From: Phoronis australis
Lineage: Eukaryota > Animalia > Phoronida
Direction of reading: 5' to 3'
Length of the DNA: 64,000 nt
Assembly: GCA_002633005.1 (NCBI GenBank)
Contig: NMRA01000441.1
Coordinates: forward strand, 62,001-126,000
Shown: positions 1 to 13,500 of the stretch, in pieces
Position numbering within the stretch: position 1 is the first letter of the stretch
How the letters are laid out: each line of letters opens with the position of its first letter
Position numbers and translations under genes: made by a program
Notes under the pieces: generated by a model
What the model was told of the DNA's origin: nothing
Database searches by the model: none
What the model saw: the letters and a program-made list of their open reading frames with translations, nothing else

Positions 1-3000
1 GAGATAACTCCTGGTTTGCCTGAATTCCGACTCCCGCAATTTACAATCAACACAACCAATATCACGAGAACCACGGCCCAAGTGTTCAGTGTAAGTTACC
101 AATACACTAGTCGCATTTCTAGCTGAGTGAAAAATTTTCCAGTCGTATTCAATCACTTAAGTCATCGTTCGTTCATGTTGTAACGTTTCCTCTGAGGATA
201 ACCATTGCAACATTTTACCACGGTATTCATCCACTTACTTCACACATTTTGTTCATTTCGAACACGAGAATTAATAGCAAATTAATGTATTGGTCCTCAA
301 TTAGTTCGCACGAGGCTAACTAACGAGAATTTCTAGCCTCACCTATACATAATTCGCTCGAAAGTCGTTTGTTATTGAACCCTAAAAAGTCACAAGTGCG
401 AATCCTCGTTACCAGTTGACTATTTCCAGGTAATACTTTTTTCATACTTTACAGAAATAAAAAATCTGCTATCACCATCACCTATATCCCTGCATCGTAT
501 ACCTATTGACTTGTTAAACATAACGTATTATTTTGGGTTCTTCATTTTCAGGATCTGGGTGGTGGAATCGGGATAATTCCATTGATTAGTTTCTTGGAGA
601 CGATCGCTATAGGTTCAGCGTTTGGTAAGTACATGATTTCAATAAAAAGATTCTTACAGTCAAAATTTTCATTGTTAACTACATGTCGGAGACAAAAACT
701 TAAAAGATATGCAGTAAGATTGATGGTTCAAATTTTACAAAATGTTGAACGTGTTTTCACAGGTTTGGCAGAGTTGAACTTCTAGTCTTAATATTTGTGT
801 TCGATTTTTTGTTCCAGCACCAATGAATAATTACCGTATTGACGCCAGCCAAGAGTTAATAGCCTTGGGCACTGCCAACGTCGTGGGGGCCTTCTGTTCC
901 TCATACCCAGTGGCTGGGAGCTTTTCCCGGTAAGAGTATGTAAGGCTGATGAAGATGGCCTCGCTTTCGTCGAGAACTATTCGTGACATTTTACCAAAAG
1001 ATTTCGGAAAAATTCTCGAATAGACATTGCACGAAAAAGAAAATGTCTCTGTTTGATGTGTTCTGAAGGAAAACCTCTTCCCCCAAAGCTCTCAGAAGGC
1101 GAAATCGCGGCCATCGTCCAACTTGTATGAGGAGCTCATCCGCATGTTCGCGATGGAGTCTTCTACATTAGGCTAGGGAATACCATGACAAAACCGGTAG
1201 AATAACGCTCTTTGTCTTGTCATTGCGTAGGATTGCAGCCACGACATGAGAATGGATTTTACTTTGAATGAAATTTCAAATGACGATATTACTTCCACAA
1301 GTAATACATGCAAGGGAATAACTCCTAGAGAATAAAAACCATGACATTTGAATTCACGAAATGTCCTTGTTTTCAGGACGGCCGTGAATTGCCAGAGCGG
1401 AGTTAAAACGCCAGCAGGCGGTATATGGACTGGTGAGTATTGTAAATAATAAACCGCTTTTTGTTTCTATTTGCCACGGGGCACATAAAAAGGTGTTCTT
1501 CAGACTTTCATTAGAAATGATGTCATTTAATTCAAAATCTAATTGTATATAACAAGTAGTTAAATTGAGAGGCTTTCGTGCAATTCTTTTGCGCGGCGGT
1601 CTATCGTTTATTGAAAGCTAAACAAGAGCTCAAATCGTTCACTTACATGGTGCAGTTGTACATATACTGATTTTCAAGAGGGCAAAGAAACCGTAATCGC
1701 GGGCCTCGTAACTTTTACCGCGGAACAGAATCGTTAAAACCAAGGGGTCCATGCCCCCAAAAAATTTCCCAGATTCCATTTGGCAGTTCGGGGATGCGAA
1801 TGCCTGATGGGAAAAATCCCGGCTAATACTCTGCTCCGCCTCCTGTCCCCAACTCGAAATTCTGGATCCGCCCCTGCACAGTTGTTGTTTAAAGCGCTAC
1901 CGTTTCCTTCAGGTGGTCTCGTCATTCTAGCGTTGTTGCTTCTCACGCCCTATTTCGTTTTCATTCCTGATGCTGCTCTTGCCGCCGTCATCATCGCGGC
2001 TGTTATTCACATGATTGATGTGAAAATTCTGGTCGAGCTGTGGCGAGTCAAAAGTAAGTGTTCAAAATGAACAAGATAATTGGGAAAATTGTGTTCGGAA
2101 CTATTCGATACGTTGAGCGTTCTGTACTCTCTGAAAATTTATTAAGTATCCAAAATATTTAATTCATTTAAATACTAACACGGTTTTGCTTTTAGTTTCT
2201 CAAGTTTCAGGTGCAACAGCACCTAAAAGTCTAAAAAATATATTTTGTGGAAAACAACTAGTTCCATATTTTTTTTCCATTTGCAAGATTTCAAAGCTTA
2301 ACAATAACTACACTGTTTTCAATTTTGTGTTTCAGAAATTGACCTCATACCTCTCATAGTTACGTTTGTTTTATCGCTCACGTTGAACGTTGAGGTAGGT
2401 TTGACTTTAGTTGAGGCCAAGTCTAATCTTTGTACTCCCGACGAAATCAAATTCGACCCTATTTTTGGCATATTCCGTGTAAAATATTCTGTACTCGAAA
2501 AAATCCTTTTGTGCATTAGTTTCTCGTCCAAGTTCGCATTTGATTTCCCAAGTTACAAACCCGAGTAAAAACTTGGAGATTTTGAATAAAAACACGTCGA
2601 ATTTTAGCATTAATTACATCAAGTGCAAATTAGAATCAGACAGTTATCCGCGTAAGTCATTCTTATGTACTCGAGCATAGAATGATAGACAATTTGAGTT
2701 CGTATAAAAGAACAATAGAAAATAACAAAAGTAATTATCGAGTTCCATTTCCACTAGAAAGATTAGATCTCGGGCCCTGGATAGAGTTCAGTAATGCTGG
2801 GACCTCACTAAAATGCAAGACATATCGTAAGACATTGCCATGTATTTTAAGTGAGAACGCGTGATTTTGGCTACATTTTCGAGAGATCCTAACGTAGGTC
2901 CTAGCGTTACTGAACTCTACCCTGGTCGTGTTAAAGCTTCCGCAATATTTTTCACGTCTGAGTTTCCAGTCGATAGGATTGTACATGTACTTACGTATAC

Positions 3001-6000
3001 TGCCTATAGATGCAAGTCACAATCAGTTATTTTTATTTACATATACATGTACCGTTTGATTCGCTAACAAGGGAACTAAAAACTTGTATTTAGATCCATG
3101 ATGACTTGATCGACAATAGAATATTAGATTGCATAAAACGCCGCAATCTTCAAAATGCCGCTAAAGCCTCTTCATTGAAGACCACCGTACACAACACAAG
3201 TAAGAAATATAACATGCGAGACGGTAATTATTATTTTACTATTCCCATACGATTGAAAAACTGACATATGAAACCAATGGCATAGGTACGGCAATACTGT
3301 TGTATAGTAGAACAAATTTTCGTCGACAAGTAATTGTCTCCGTCCATTTTGTGTCAACACTACTTTTTAATTTTCTAGTACGGAATTTTGGCTGGCACAG
3401 GTGTATCATTGTTGTTCCTGATGTATCCAACGGCCAGACCGAAACTTACCGTAAGTACTGCTAGTAACGTGATGTTAAACGTCAGAATGAAAAAATGATC
3501 TATCTCTTGAATACCAATAACAATAAAATAGCCGAAGGCGAATGTTTCACTAAATTCATAGAATTGCAAATAGTCATTTGTTTTTGCGGCACAATACATC
3601 AGTGGGACTCAGTTTAGACTTGAACGGAATCAAACGAATATCTTTTTGTGCTTCCACGATATCGGAACGGAATCAAACGAATATCTTTTTGTGCTTCCAC
3701 GATATCGGAAATAACTTGACAATGTACGGACGAGAGGATGTCGTATGGCTTTCGCAAGCTATTGTTTAACTTGCGAGATCCATTTGACGGGAGTAAGCGC
3801 TACGCTTGGTTATTGCCTGTGGAATGCTACCATTGTTTTCCTTTGTTGCGTTGTTGGATATAACAATACATGACGCACGGATATCATACCTTGGGCGCAC
3901 ATCAGCTGGTTACTGATAAATGCCTACCATTATCTATTAAAAGAAAGAAAAATGAACTAAACAATATATACGCCTATCTACCGATATCTAAGCGACGAGC
4001 TTGCGCCCTAGTTTGCTGTGGGATTTGGCTACTGAGGTTGAAATTCGTTCAAATCCATTCGTCCCAGTAGAAATCCAAATGTCCTTAATTTTGGCAGCTA
4101 AACAGATAACGGGCAGTTGTGCAACGGATCCTCGAATGATGGGTTGCGTATCGTGGATCTGATCAGAACTACATGTAGTTCGAAACAATGAATGCAATTG
4201 GTACCAGGTGTACATGTACTGTACGTGTAGCCCTCGTGCGGGGGTGTGCGGGGTACGCCGTTCGTTTTTTCTTAAAGACAGGTTGCGTCCCTCCCACTTT
4301 ATTGCCATCAAATTTTCAGTGCGTAAATTTTAAGTTATGTTTCAACTATGCAAAAGTAGTTAGCGGCAACACTACGTTTTTGTTTTTGTATGTTAGGTGT
4401 CGCGGGCGGAGGTTTGTACCAGACTACACCACAGGTTGCTACTGTTGCTTAGTTACGTACAAAAGCTGTGCAATGACAGCGTTGGTTTCTTCATGTGCAC
4501 GTGCGTAATACATCATAGAGTCGCCATCTTGTGGATCTTATTTTGCTGGTCTTATTTACAATTTTGAACTCTAGATCAGTGTGGCCGCGTTGCGACTGTA
4601 ATTAATCTGAACATTTATTTCAACAGTTATCTCAGGATGGTGTGATACTCGTGTCCCCGAACCAGGGTCTACGTTATCCCGGCATTGGTTATATCAAGCA
4701 GAAAATTATGGACAGAGCAATAACGGAAGGTTTGTGTACATGCTTATAAATTACCACGTAAATTACATGGGCATGTTCAAAAACTGGCTAGCAATACATG
4801 TTTACATACGAAGTGGAGTACCACGACAGTGGAATTGTGTAATGCTCGTAGTAAATTTGTCGTTTTTCTGCTGGTACACTTGGACAAATGGGCCGTGTAT
4901 GTAAACTTATTGAAACATTTTGTCTGCATTTTATTGACTTGGCCGGTTCCGCCGTTTCAACCGGCTAAGACCTTTGATTGGGTCGTCGACAACCAATCAG
5001 ATATCTTAACTGGTTGATGGACAGAACCGGCGAAGACAATAAAGTGCAGACAATAAGAACCGTACCTAAATTGTAATATGTTTCAATAAGCTTACGTACA
5101 CGGCCAATTTGTCAGAGTATACCAGCAGAAAAACGACCATTTTACGACGAGCATTTCACGCATAGCTTTACAGACTAGAGTCTTGTTTATTTAAAGGATA
5201 GGTCGTAAATCCGATGTTAATCCGTGTGGCAACTATTCAGTCGCGATTTTTTCTGAAATTTAAATACGTTTGTGAGATTTTAAATTAAAAAATTCTCTAA
5301 CTTTTATTTACAGCGAAACTATAACGTTTAAAGGTGGCTAAAAATGAAAACAGAATTAGGTACATATATGTTATTCTCATATCGGTCTCATCATGAAATT
5401 CCTTGCCGTGTTAGGATTCTATTTTCGTTACCATTCAAGTCACTGGTTATCAGTGGGTAATATATGATGCACAGATAATGGGAAATACATGAAGAGTTCA
5501 TAATTTCAGGGTTGACCCCCGGATCCGAGTCGCTGACGGTTTCGATGTTTTTGTTACAACGGAAATGTATTCCTGTCCCGGCCGGTAAAAATTATCATGA
5601 GATCGATTTTATGAGCGTAAAAGGCCTTCATTCGATTTCCGTTTTAAGCCAGGTAAACATGGCGAAAAGTAACTGTGCAATTTGAAAAAGTCGCAAGGAT
5701 ATGACTAAACGAAACTTGATGATTTTCAGACGGCAAGAAGTTGCCATGCGTCATTGACTGTACCAACATAACGGCTCTCGACTACACTTCAGCACAGGTA
5801 TGACACACTGCATATCACAGTGACCACGACCCAAAGTAGTTCAGAATCGTCTGTAGCAAGCTGCAGTGAATGCGCCTCCAGCCACAGCTTGTCTGAACAT
5901 AAGTGATTAAAAACCCTTTGGAATGGACATTTCAAAAATTTATTCGCTGTAAGATTTCATAAAAAGCTTACTAAACTGTACCTTCAAGTCGAAACGCTAA

Positions 6001-7777
6001 ACAGTTCATCAAATCGTAAGTTATCGACGATACAACATTACGGCTGCGTCAAAAAATAATTCGTTAGTGCCTGTCCTAAATTTACGTATTAAACTTTCAC
6101 AGGGACTTTCCCAGCTATTCGACAACTTCAAGAGACTTGACGTAAAGCTCGCCTTGGCTAATCCATCGGTAAGCGTATGTAATGTTACATTTTTTTTCAA
6201 AATAACGTGAATATGTGCGGTATAGTTTGAAATACTTGATTGGCACCGAATTTTGTTATGTGCAGAAAAATAATGCTTGAATATTCGTAATCGTGCGACT
6301 ACATTTTTATTTGCGAAAAATCGTATTTTTTTCACGGAGATCGACGTTATTTCCACAAATATGACGTTTTTCCTCGAAATTTGCAATTTCTGTTTCCTTA
6401 GTTCATTAGTTACTTAAACGTGCCTAGAGTTTTCGCTTAAGGTTCTTTACTTCGAAAACTTCCCAAGTCAATGGAGAAGTCATCATTTCTTGAGAAAAGT
6501 ACCGTTAAGTCTTGTTTTATAACCCTCGCCGAGTTCTTGAGTTAAAAAGGCTTTAAAAGAAAATTTCAGTATGGGATAAAGAAACAACACTAGCGAAAAG
6601 ATATGTTTGTAGGAAATATTGCGTTCTGCGTGAAAAATTAATACGTTTTTGAGAAAAATAGGGAGTGCGAACATCTGAGTATTGTTTTTTGTGCACAAAA
6701 TAATATTCTGTGATCACCAAAGATCTTAAAAACTTTTGTCTAATGGGCCTACTACTAAATACTTAAAAAAATTATTCAAGACATTCGATCCTTGGTAACG
6801 AACTGATGACCTATGTTATTCACATCAGCACACTGCAAATTGTTTGCGGCATTTACAGTAGTTCGCCGCGCAAGCACAGTTTGCTGAAACTCCCTTATGC
6901 GTTTGTTTAGAACCATTTTCTGATTTTTAAGCTGAAAGCCTACGCCAAAATGATGCATTTCACGTAAAAATACATCATTTGACAGAGTCAGAACAATGGC
7001 GTTCAGTATTCAAGGAGACTAAATCGTCCCTTTTTACAGCTAAATTATTCACATTTTACGTACAACATTCTGTCTAAATTGTTCGTCCACCAGTGGCCGG
7101 TTGCATGAAACAGTCCCAAATAAGGACTCGGCTGGCCCTAAGTCTTTTTGCGTATATGTGTCTTTGTGGACTCACAAATGCAATGTTTTTTATCATTTCA
7201 TCTTTATTATGAGCTCCTCTTTGATTAATGGTATTTTCTAATAACATTACTAAAACTGAGCCCAGAGTTCAGTCATTGAAAATAAATAGGGACTCAGTCC
7301 TTAAATTGAGGGTGTTGCATGAAAATATCCCTAATTATTTTCGATAATGTTAAAAATTCAACGTAGAGTTCACTCTCGATTTGTATCAAAGTCAAAAGTT
7401 GACTTAGTAATGAAACTAAAACAATACAAGAAAGGGCAATTGATGTTTTCACAAGTCCAAAAATACGTAGTAAATTTAGGGAACTTAGTTGAGTCTCTAT
7501 TTCAAATTGGGACTGTTTCATGCAACCGGGCACTGATTTTTATCCTTTGCTGTTAATTTAGCCTGCAGTGCTGGGTGTTCTGAGAAAGATGAGGATAAAA
7601 AACCTTCGACATTCCAAAACAGTGCACGATGCCATTAGGATGGTTGGCGGAGACCATGAGACGCCAAACGGTTTCACCACAACTATCGAGATTGATTCCA
7701 GTGACGGTGAACTCGACAACAACGGCGTCGCTATAAATGGGCACGTGGTCGCCAATGAATCTTTTACGCACTTGTGA
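1..7777 (+). CDS. SLC26A11: SLC26A11-like sodium-independent sulfate/anion transporter, 3' part (5' end outside window), spliced
   Basis: Phase-consistent GT-AG exons: 1-90, 552-624, 818-929, 1377-1432, 1913-2053, 2336-2394, 3379-3450, 4627-4729, 5730-5797, 6103-6168, 7562-7777. Translation has SLC26 motifs FLETIAIGSAF, DASQELIALGTANVVGAFCSSYPVAGSFSRTAVNCQSGVKTP, FIPDAALAAVIIAAV, YPTARP and a STAS-like VIDCTNITALDYTSAQGL. The paralog assignment (A11) is from recalled similarity. Confidence 0.93.
2415..2641. mobile_element. Degenerate MITE related to the 63529-63930 element
   Basis: Left end ggccaagtctaatctttgtactc and right end aagtgcaaattagaatc resemble the TIRs of 63529-63930. Confidence 0.5.
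2777..2924. mobile_element. MITE, ~29-bp TIRs
   Basis: ctggatagagttcagtaatgctgggacct versus aggtcctagcgttactgaactctaccctg (inverted). Confidence 0.7.
3622..3709. repeat. 43-bp tandem duplication (2 copies)
   Basis: gaacggaatcaaacgaatatctttttgtgcttccacgatatcg occurs twice in tandem. Confidence 0.9.
4837..5159. mobile_element. Foldback-type MITE with long inverted arms
   Basis: aatgctcgtagtaaatttgtcgtttttctgctggtacac...ttattgaaaca versus tgtttcaataagc...gtataccagcagaaaaacgaccattttacgacgagcatt (inverted, imperfect, >80 bp). Confidence 0.8.
7091..7535. mobile_element. MITE family B (Harbinger-like), intact copy
   Basis: TIR cagtggccggttgcatgaaacagtcccaa / ttgggactgtttcatgcaaccgggcactg; a second copy lies at 22742-24875. 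Confidence 0.85.
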
Positions 7778-9285
7778 CTTACACGTATGCATATCCCAAC
7801 ACCCAGGGTTGCGTTCCGTAGACGCAAGAAACTCGCTTAAATACAAGATAGCGCACGTCTTCACGAGATTCTCCGTGTATTACAAGCGACGCACTTGTGG
7901 TCAAGCTAACTTTTCCCTCTGAAGTCTTGCGTCTATGAACTTAACTCCGATTGCAATCGAGGTTGTTTAAACTTAAACCACGATTGAAGATCTCTAATGC
8001 CACGAACCACAACGGAAACGAGGCTTTGGTTTTTTGGCTTTGTTTTGTTTCCAACTTGTACATGTCCTTTTATTTTATAGGCTAACTAATTCCTTGTTTT
8101 ATTGTATTTTCGTTGCTTGTATGTGATTCAAATGAAGACGATCAACTGCACAACTAGTCACAGTGGGCACAAAATAGTCACAACTAGTAACATTAGTCAG
8201 GAGTGTTGCACTAATGTATTAAGTCGCATGTCACAATTTATACAGGCTGGGTGGATACAAATTGTCTCAATGTCCTTAAATATGCATATGGCTGTCCTCG
8301 CGGTTGTTTAATTCTGAATGTGCAAGTTTTCCAAACTGCTGGTTCAACTGTGACACTATAAGACAAAAATAATCAAACAGAATACCGCTTCCCTTCATTA
8401 GGCAAAATAATTCTGTTAAAAGCAAAAATTATTGGTAATAACCACGATCAAGGGTGCAAAATTCCAATTACAGAATGGCTTAGCCACTTCACCAACTTGC
8501 CCGTTAACCCCCCTTCATTCACGGTCATCAGGGAAGACTACTCGGACGGTGAATTCAGCTTCAGCCAAACCGTCAAGGCAGTGAAAGGGATCATTGTGTC
8601 TGAATACTTTTGGCTTGGACAGCAAGTCTTCATGCTGAATATGGTACATAAATTGTGTGTTTTATCACACAAAGATGTTGTGTGTTAAGATTAGTTCTAC
8701 AACAAGATGGTTAAGTATTGTACTAAATATTTATTAAATTAATGTTATGCAACAATGTCTACAGTTTTGAACTGGATCAGATGGCTTTCTATTTAACTGG
8801 TGTGTTTTGATTGGCAAGAGTAGTATGCATTAAAGTTCTCACAAGATTAAAATAAATTGTGAAATCAATGACCAAACCTGTGCTTTTTAAGAAAGGATGG
8901 CAAGAAATATGCAAACACAGGCTATTGTTGTTGACATATCATCTACGTGTACCCTGGTTGGATTCTATTACCCAGGATTACCTATAAGCGCCCATCTCCT
9001 TAAAAGCATATGTCATCACTTTCAAACTTTAAAACAAAGTGTCTGTGTTTACGTATTTCTCATCAGTAATTTGTAATTAATAACTACAAAAAGAGGTTTC
9101 ACAATCCAAACAACAAGCAGGAATTTGTATTCATAAATCTACCCTTTAAAGTCACACGCACACTGTTGTTTGGGCTCATGCTTCAGTGAGGAACTCTTGG
9201 TTCTTTTAATATGTAGAGTCAGAGTTCCTAATATATTACATACGAGGACAGCACAACCCCAATGAAGTTCACCGATTGTTTTAAC

Positions 9286-9447
9286 CAGTGCTGTAGTGGT
9301 AAAATTAGAGGGAAGTAGGCGCCCAAAGCCCACCGTGTCACCTTGAGCATTGAACGTACATGTAACTTACGGTGCATAGGCACCACATTCAAATGCCAAA
9401 AGGTGGTTGGCTGCGCTTACGTGTGCCTACGCCCCACTAAAGCACTG
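9286..9447. mobile_element. hAT-type MITE with 8-bp TSD
   Basis: TIR cagtgctgtagtgg / ccactaaagcactg; flanks gttttaac and gctttaac (7/8 match). Confidence 0.75.
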
Positions 9448-10544
9448 GCTTTAACAGAAAGATTCACAGCTCCTAACTCAGGACTGTCGCTTCACCTAAT
9501 CAGTGCTGCGCGATTCCTTAAAATAATAAACCTTACTTCAGTTGTTTGAACCCATACAAGAAGGATCACCTCTTATTGCACAATTAGATGCTCTCCTTAG
9601 AAATAAAACCATTTCCACCTAAAACAGAGCCTCACTGCCTAACCATGCCAGCCTCTTCGCTCTAAGAGGATGGTCTAGTTTTATACAACTTGACAGCATG
9701 TCCAGTGTGTTAGCAGTGCTCACCTTATCGTGTTTTCCTATTCTCTGCGAACTTTAGGGAGCTGGCAAATGCAACAGAGCACTAGGTTGTTACAAAGGCT
9801 TCTGAGGTCTAGTTTTAAGTGTCTATTTAACAGGTTAAATCAGTGCCTTACAGCAAGTTACAGACTAACAACAAAAAATGCACAACACATTAAATGTCCA
9901 GAAGGCTAAAGCCTACAACTCAACGTCTCATGTCAGCCTGAAGATGTAATTTGAAGTCATTATTAGGGCTTCACAGTAAATTACACAGAATTCAAATTAC
10001 ATGACTGTTTAATGCATGATTTTGAGACCAAATTTTCTACTTCTTTAAATACCGGTATATCATATTTTAAGCAAAAAAACTCTTAAACATCTTTCTGTGA
10101 ACAAATATCATGGAAACAGGAATGCCGTTTCATTGTCATCTGCAGCACAAGCCAAGTTTTCAGAAAAAATTACCCAGAATTCCCCGCCATGACAGCTAGG
10201 TGGAAGTTGAATTCATCATTAGAGTAGTCTTCCCTCGTGATCGAGAATTAAGAGCAATTTCCAGGGCAGTTAGTAAGGTAGCTAAGTCATTTCGTAATTA
10301 GAATTTTGCCACCCTCACAGTTACTACCAGTCATTTTTGCTACTAGCACAATTACCGATCATGACAGGAAAACATTATTCTGTTTGATTACTTTTGTCTT
10401 GCATTTGCTACAAAGACACAAGTGTAGCCACTTCTAGCTACAGCTTAGCTTGAAAAAACTATTTGGCAAAGAAAGGATTACAACCAAGTCAGATGAAGAA
10501 AAGCCATTCGCTTCCACATGCTTGCAAGAAGCTTACGCTTGAAG

Positions 10545-13500
10545 TCACATTTTACAAGTGAGCCCAGTATCTGGGGGACTTTCCTTGATCAGCGCTTGGA
10601 CTTGCTTGAAGTTGGGATTGTCTTTGTCACCTAGCAACTGAAACATGACAGACTCGCTCGTTGTGACAATTGCGCCGGCGTGTCGTAGTCGCTGAAAGAG
10701 TGTTATATAGCGATGCTTATAAATAAGATCGTCTTTAGCTGCTACAGATCTATCTTCAATCAAAAAACAACTTTTAATTTAAACCATTTACTGTTATGAA
10801 ATTGGTGTCAACTAGTTCCTTGCTCAAGTTATAATGGCGATTTAAGGGCTTGGCAATAACTGACGGTTACTCAAAGCCAATGTCAGAGCTGCATTAAGTG
10901 AACCACCGTGACGTCAAGGAAACTTGTTAGACCAGGCCTCACGCAATAAAAATGAATTCTTTTTAAGCCCATCAAGCGCCTCTAATTTGATAAAGGAACA
11001 AGTCGACTACAACTTAATGGCTGAGTGGTCTAGTGTAACTAGTAACCCCATCTAGTGTTAGGCCACAGAACCAACCTACTCAGAGATGCACACCTTTCAC
11101 CACATACAATAATGCACGTCTGATGTATAGTTACTGACCTAGTATTCAGCAACAGTGATTTGTCACTTCATCAGCTAAGAAAGAACTTCTAATTCTTAGT
11201 AAGGAACAAACTGACACCAAATTTATAGTACCTTGAAATCGGTGTTTCTAGCAAAATAAGTCTCCCACTGCAGGTGTCGAGTGACTTTAATGAAATTATA
11301 CATTTGTTCCATTTCCTGGTACACAGGAATATACCATTTGAATCCGGCTTTTTTATAGCAGTAAGACGAGTACACTAGAGCCCACTGTTGCCAAATAACT
11401 CGACACTAAATATAATAGCAAACAAATGCCCACTTGTTCTGCAACCAAAAAGTGTTCTACTGGAGTGACTAAGTTGGAAGGTGGACATAATGATCACACC
11501 ATTGACCATCTGAATTAAAGCTCAAGTTATGTCAGTTAAGGTTCTAAAAACATGCATTTCAAGTTCTGAAGACATAAATACACCAACAAGTCGATGGTTG
11601 ACATTTTATCTTGGACACAGATTTTCAGTCCCAGCCTCATTTCATAACAATTTGTATTTGACTCCACCAGTAGTGCACGAAGCAGGTAATGAAATTAAAT
11701 ACAATTAACAGAGTCTCAGCCATTCATACACAGTGTTTGCATTGCAAGAATTGCTCACGGGGTCACACCTCTGGTCAAGAAAAACGATTAAAAAGATTCG
11801 AAATGCATTTCAGAGTAAGCAAAATATGCCACATTGACCAAGTCGACTTCAAAAAGGTAACCCTTCAGAGGGCGAATACCTTTGACATGAATATATGCAA
11901 GATCTTGAGATCAAGAGCTATAATTAAAATATCATGCAGCATATGATTACCTCAAAAGCAAACATTCTGTCCATGTGAAACCTTGATGACGTCGCATCAG
12001 CCACAACATGTACGTCGATCCCTTTCGCCAGTAAATCAATCGCTGTCTGCTGCACGCACACATGCGCCTGAAAATACGAGTGAAACAATCCAATTACCAG
12101 AGGGCAGCAGCATTCACATCATTGAGAAATGTGAAATCCCTGTGAGCTGTAAGTCAACAAATTACAATTAGATGCACACTTATTAACAGCAGTGAAGGGA
12201 GTGTCCAGCGAAGAGGACAAACAACTGTAAATACTCCTTCATTTACAAAATACTCAATTATAGTATATGGCTAGCCGTATTGCCAGATGATCTGGGGCCT
12301 GTTCCAACAAAACTGACTTAGCTAAGACAATTCTTAAGTTTTACCAATATGGTGCAGTATTATTGTTTTCCATTGTGTTTTTGCAGGTAAAAACAAGCTC
12401 CAGCATCAGTGAGGCAGGAACATTCATTTAGTGTGTAATCTTGTTGATGACAGTTCTAACTTGACAGAACATCATGGTGAATAGTAGTCTTCAAATAGCA
12501 CGGACAAAAGCTGCTCATAGCTTTGTTCCAGAAGTCCGCTGCAGTTAGGAAACAGTATCACATTGCTTCATAAATCAAAGGTTGGGTCAAACCAGAAATG
12601 TAAACTAATCCAAAAATTGTTTTATTGTCGGCTGTCAAGAGCTAATGTGGCCTTTTAAAAATGTTGGCTTAATAATTAGCCAATTTAGAGACCAGAGAAC
12701 CATGCAGCTCATTTCACTAAACTGTCATAACTTAGCAACATTGTTTTACATACATAGTGTTTAAACAAATACTAGTCTTAAAAGTAAGTCTTTGTTTAGA
12801 TTCTGTGTAAATATGTCATAAAGTTTTAACATTTTATCACATTTGTTTTCAGTCAAAATATGCCTACGAACTTTAAAATCACTTTAGTGAAACTGACCCT
12901 CGATGACTAACACTAATCAATAACTGACAGCCCAATTTTCTAGACAGGTGCAGAAAAATCTCTCAAGATTCTGGACAAAAATAATTGCCAGAGATGGTAT
13001 ATTTTCATTTTTTAAAAACTTCTAAAGGTACTGTGAATTTCCCCATTCCTTCAGCATATTGTATGACATTAACTTTAGTACAGAACATGATAAAGCATTC
13101 AGCTGGTGATATTTCTATACAGTCCTATTAAAACGTGGGAAAAAACTTTGACTGCTAAATTGCATCCTAAATTGGCTCAGATTCACCATATGAATTTCTT
13201 GATATATAGGTGTAGAGAGAACACAGCATGGTTTTCTGGTGCATACCCATTTACGGGTTAATATCAATTTATATCAGGCTAGTGATAAGTGATGATAAGT
13301 ATGATATCAGTGACAGTTTGATCATCAGTCATTGGTCAAAGTACTATTCATGGAAGACAATCTTTTGATCACTTATTATTACTAAGTGACTTGCATGAAA
13401 AATTACGATAACTTTGAAGTATTATCAACTCTTTTAGGACATCATAAGCTACACTTCATGTGAATTCATGGAAATGGTTATCATGAAGTGAAGTCTTATA

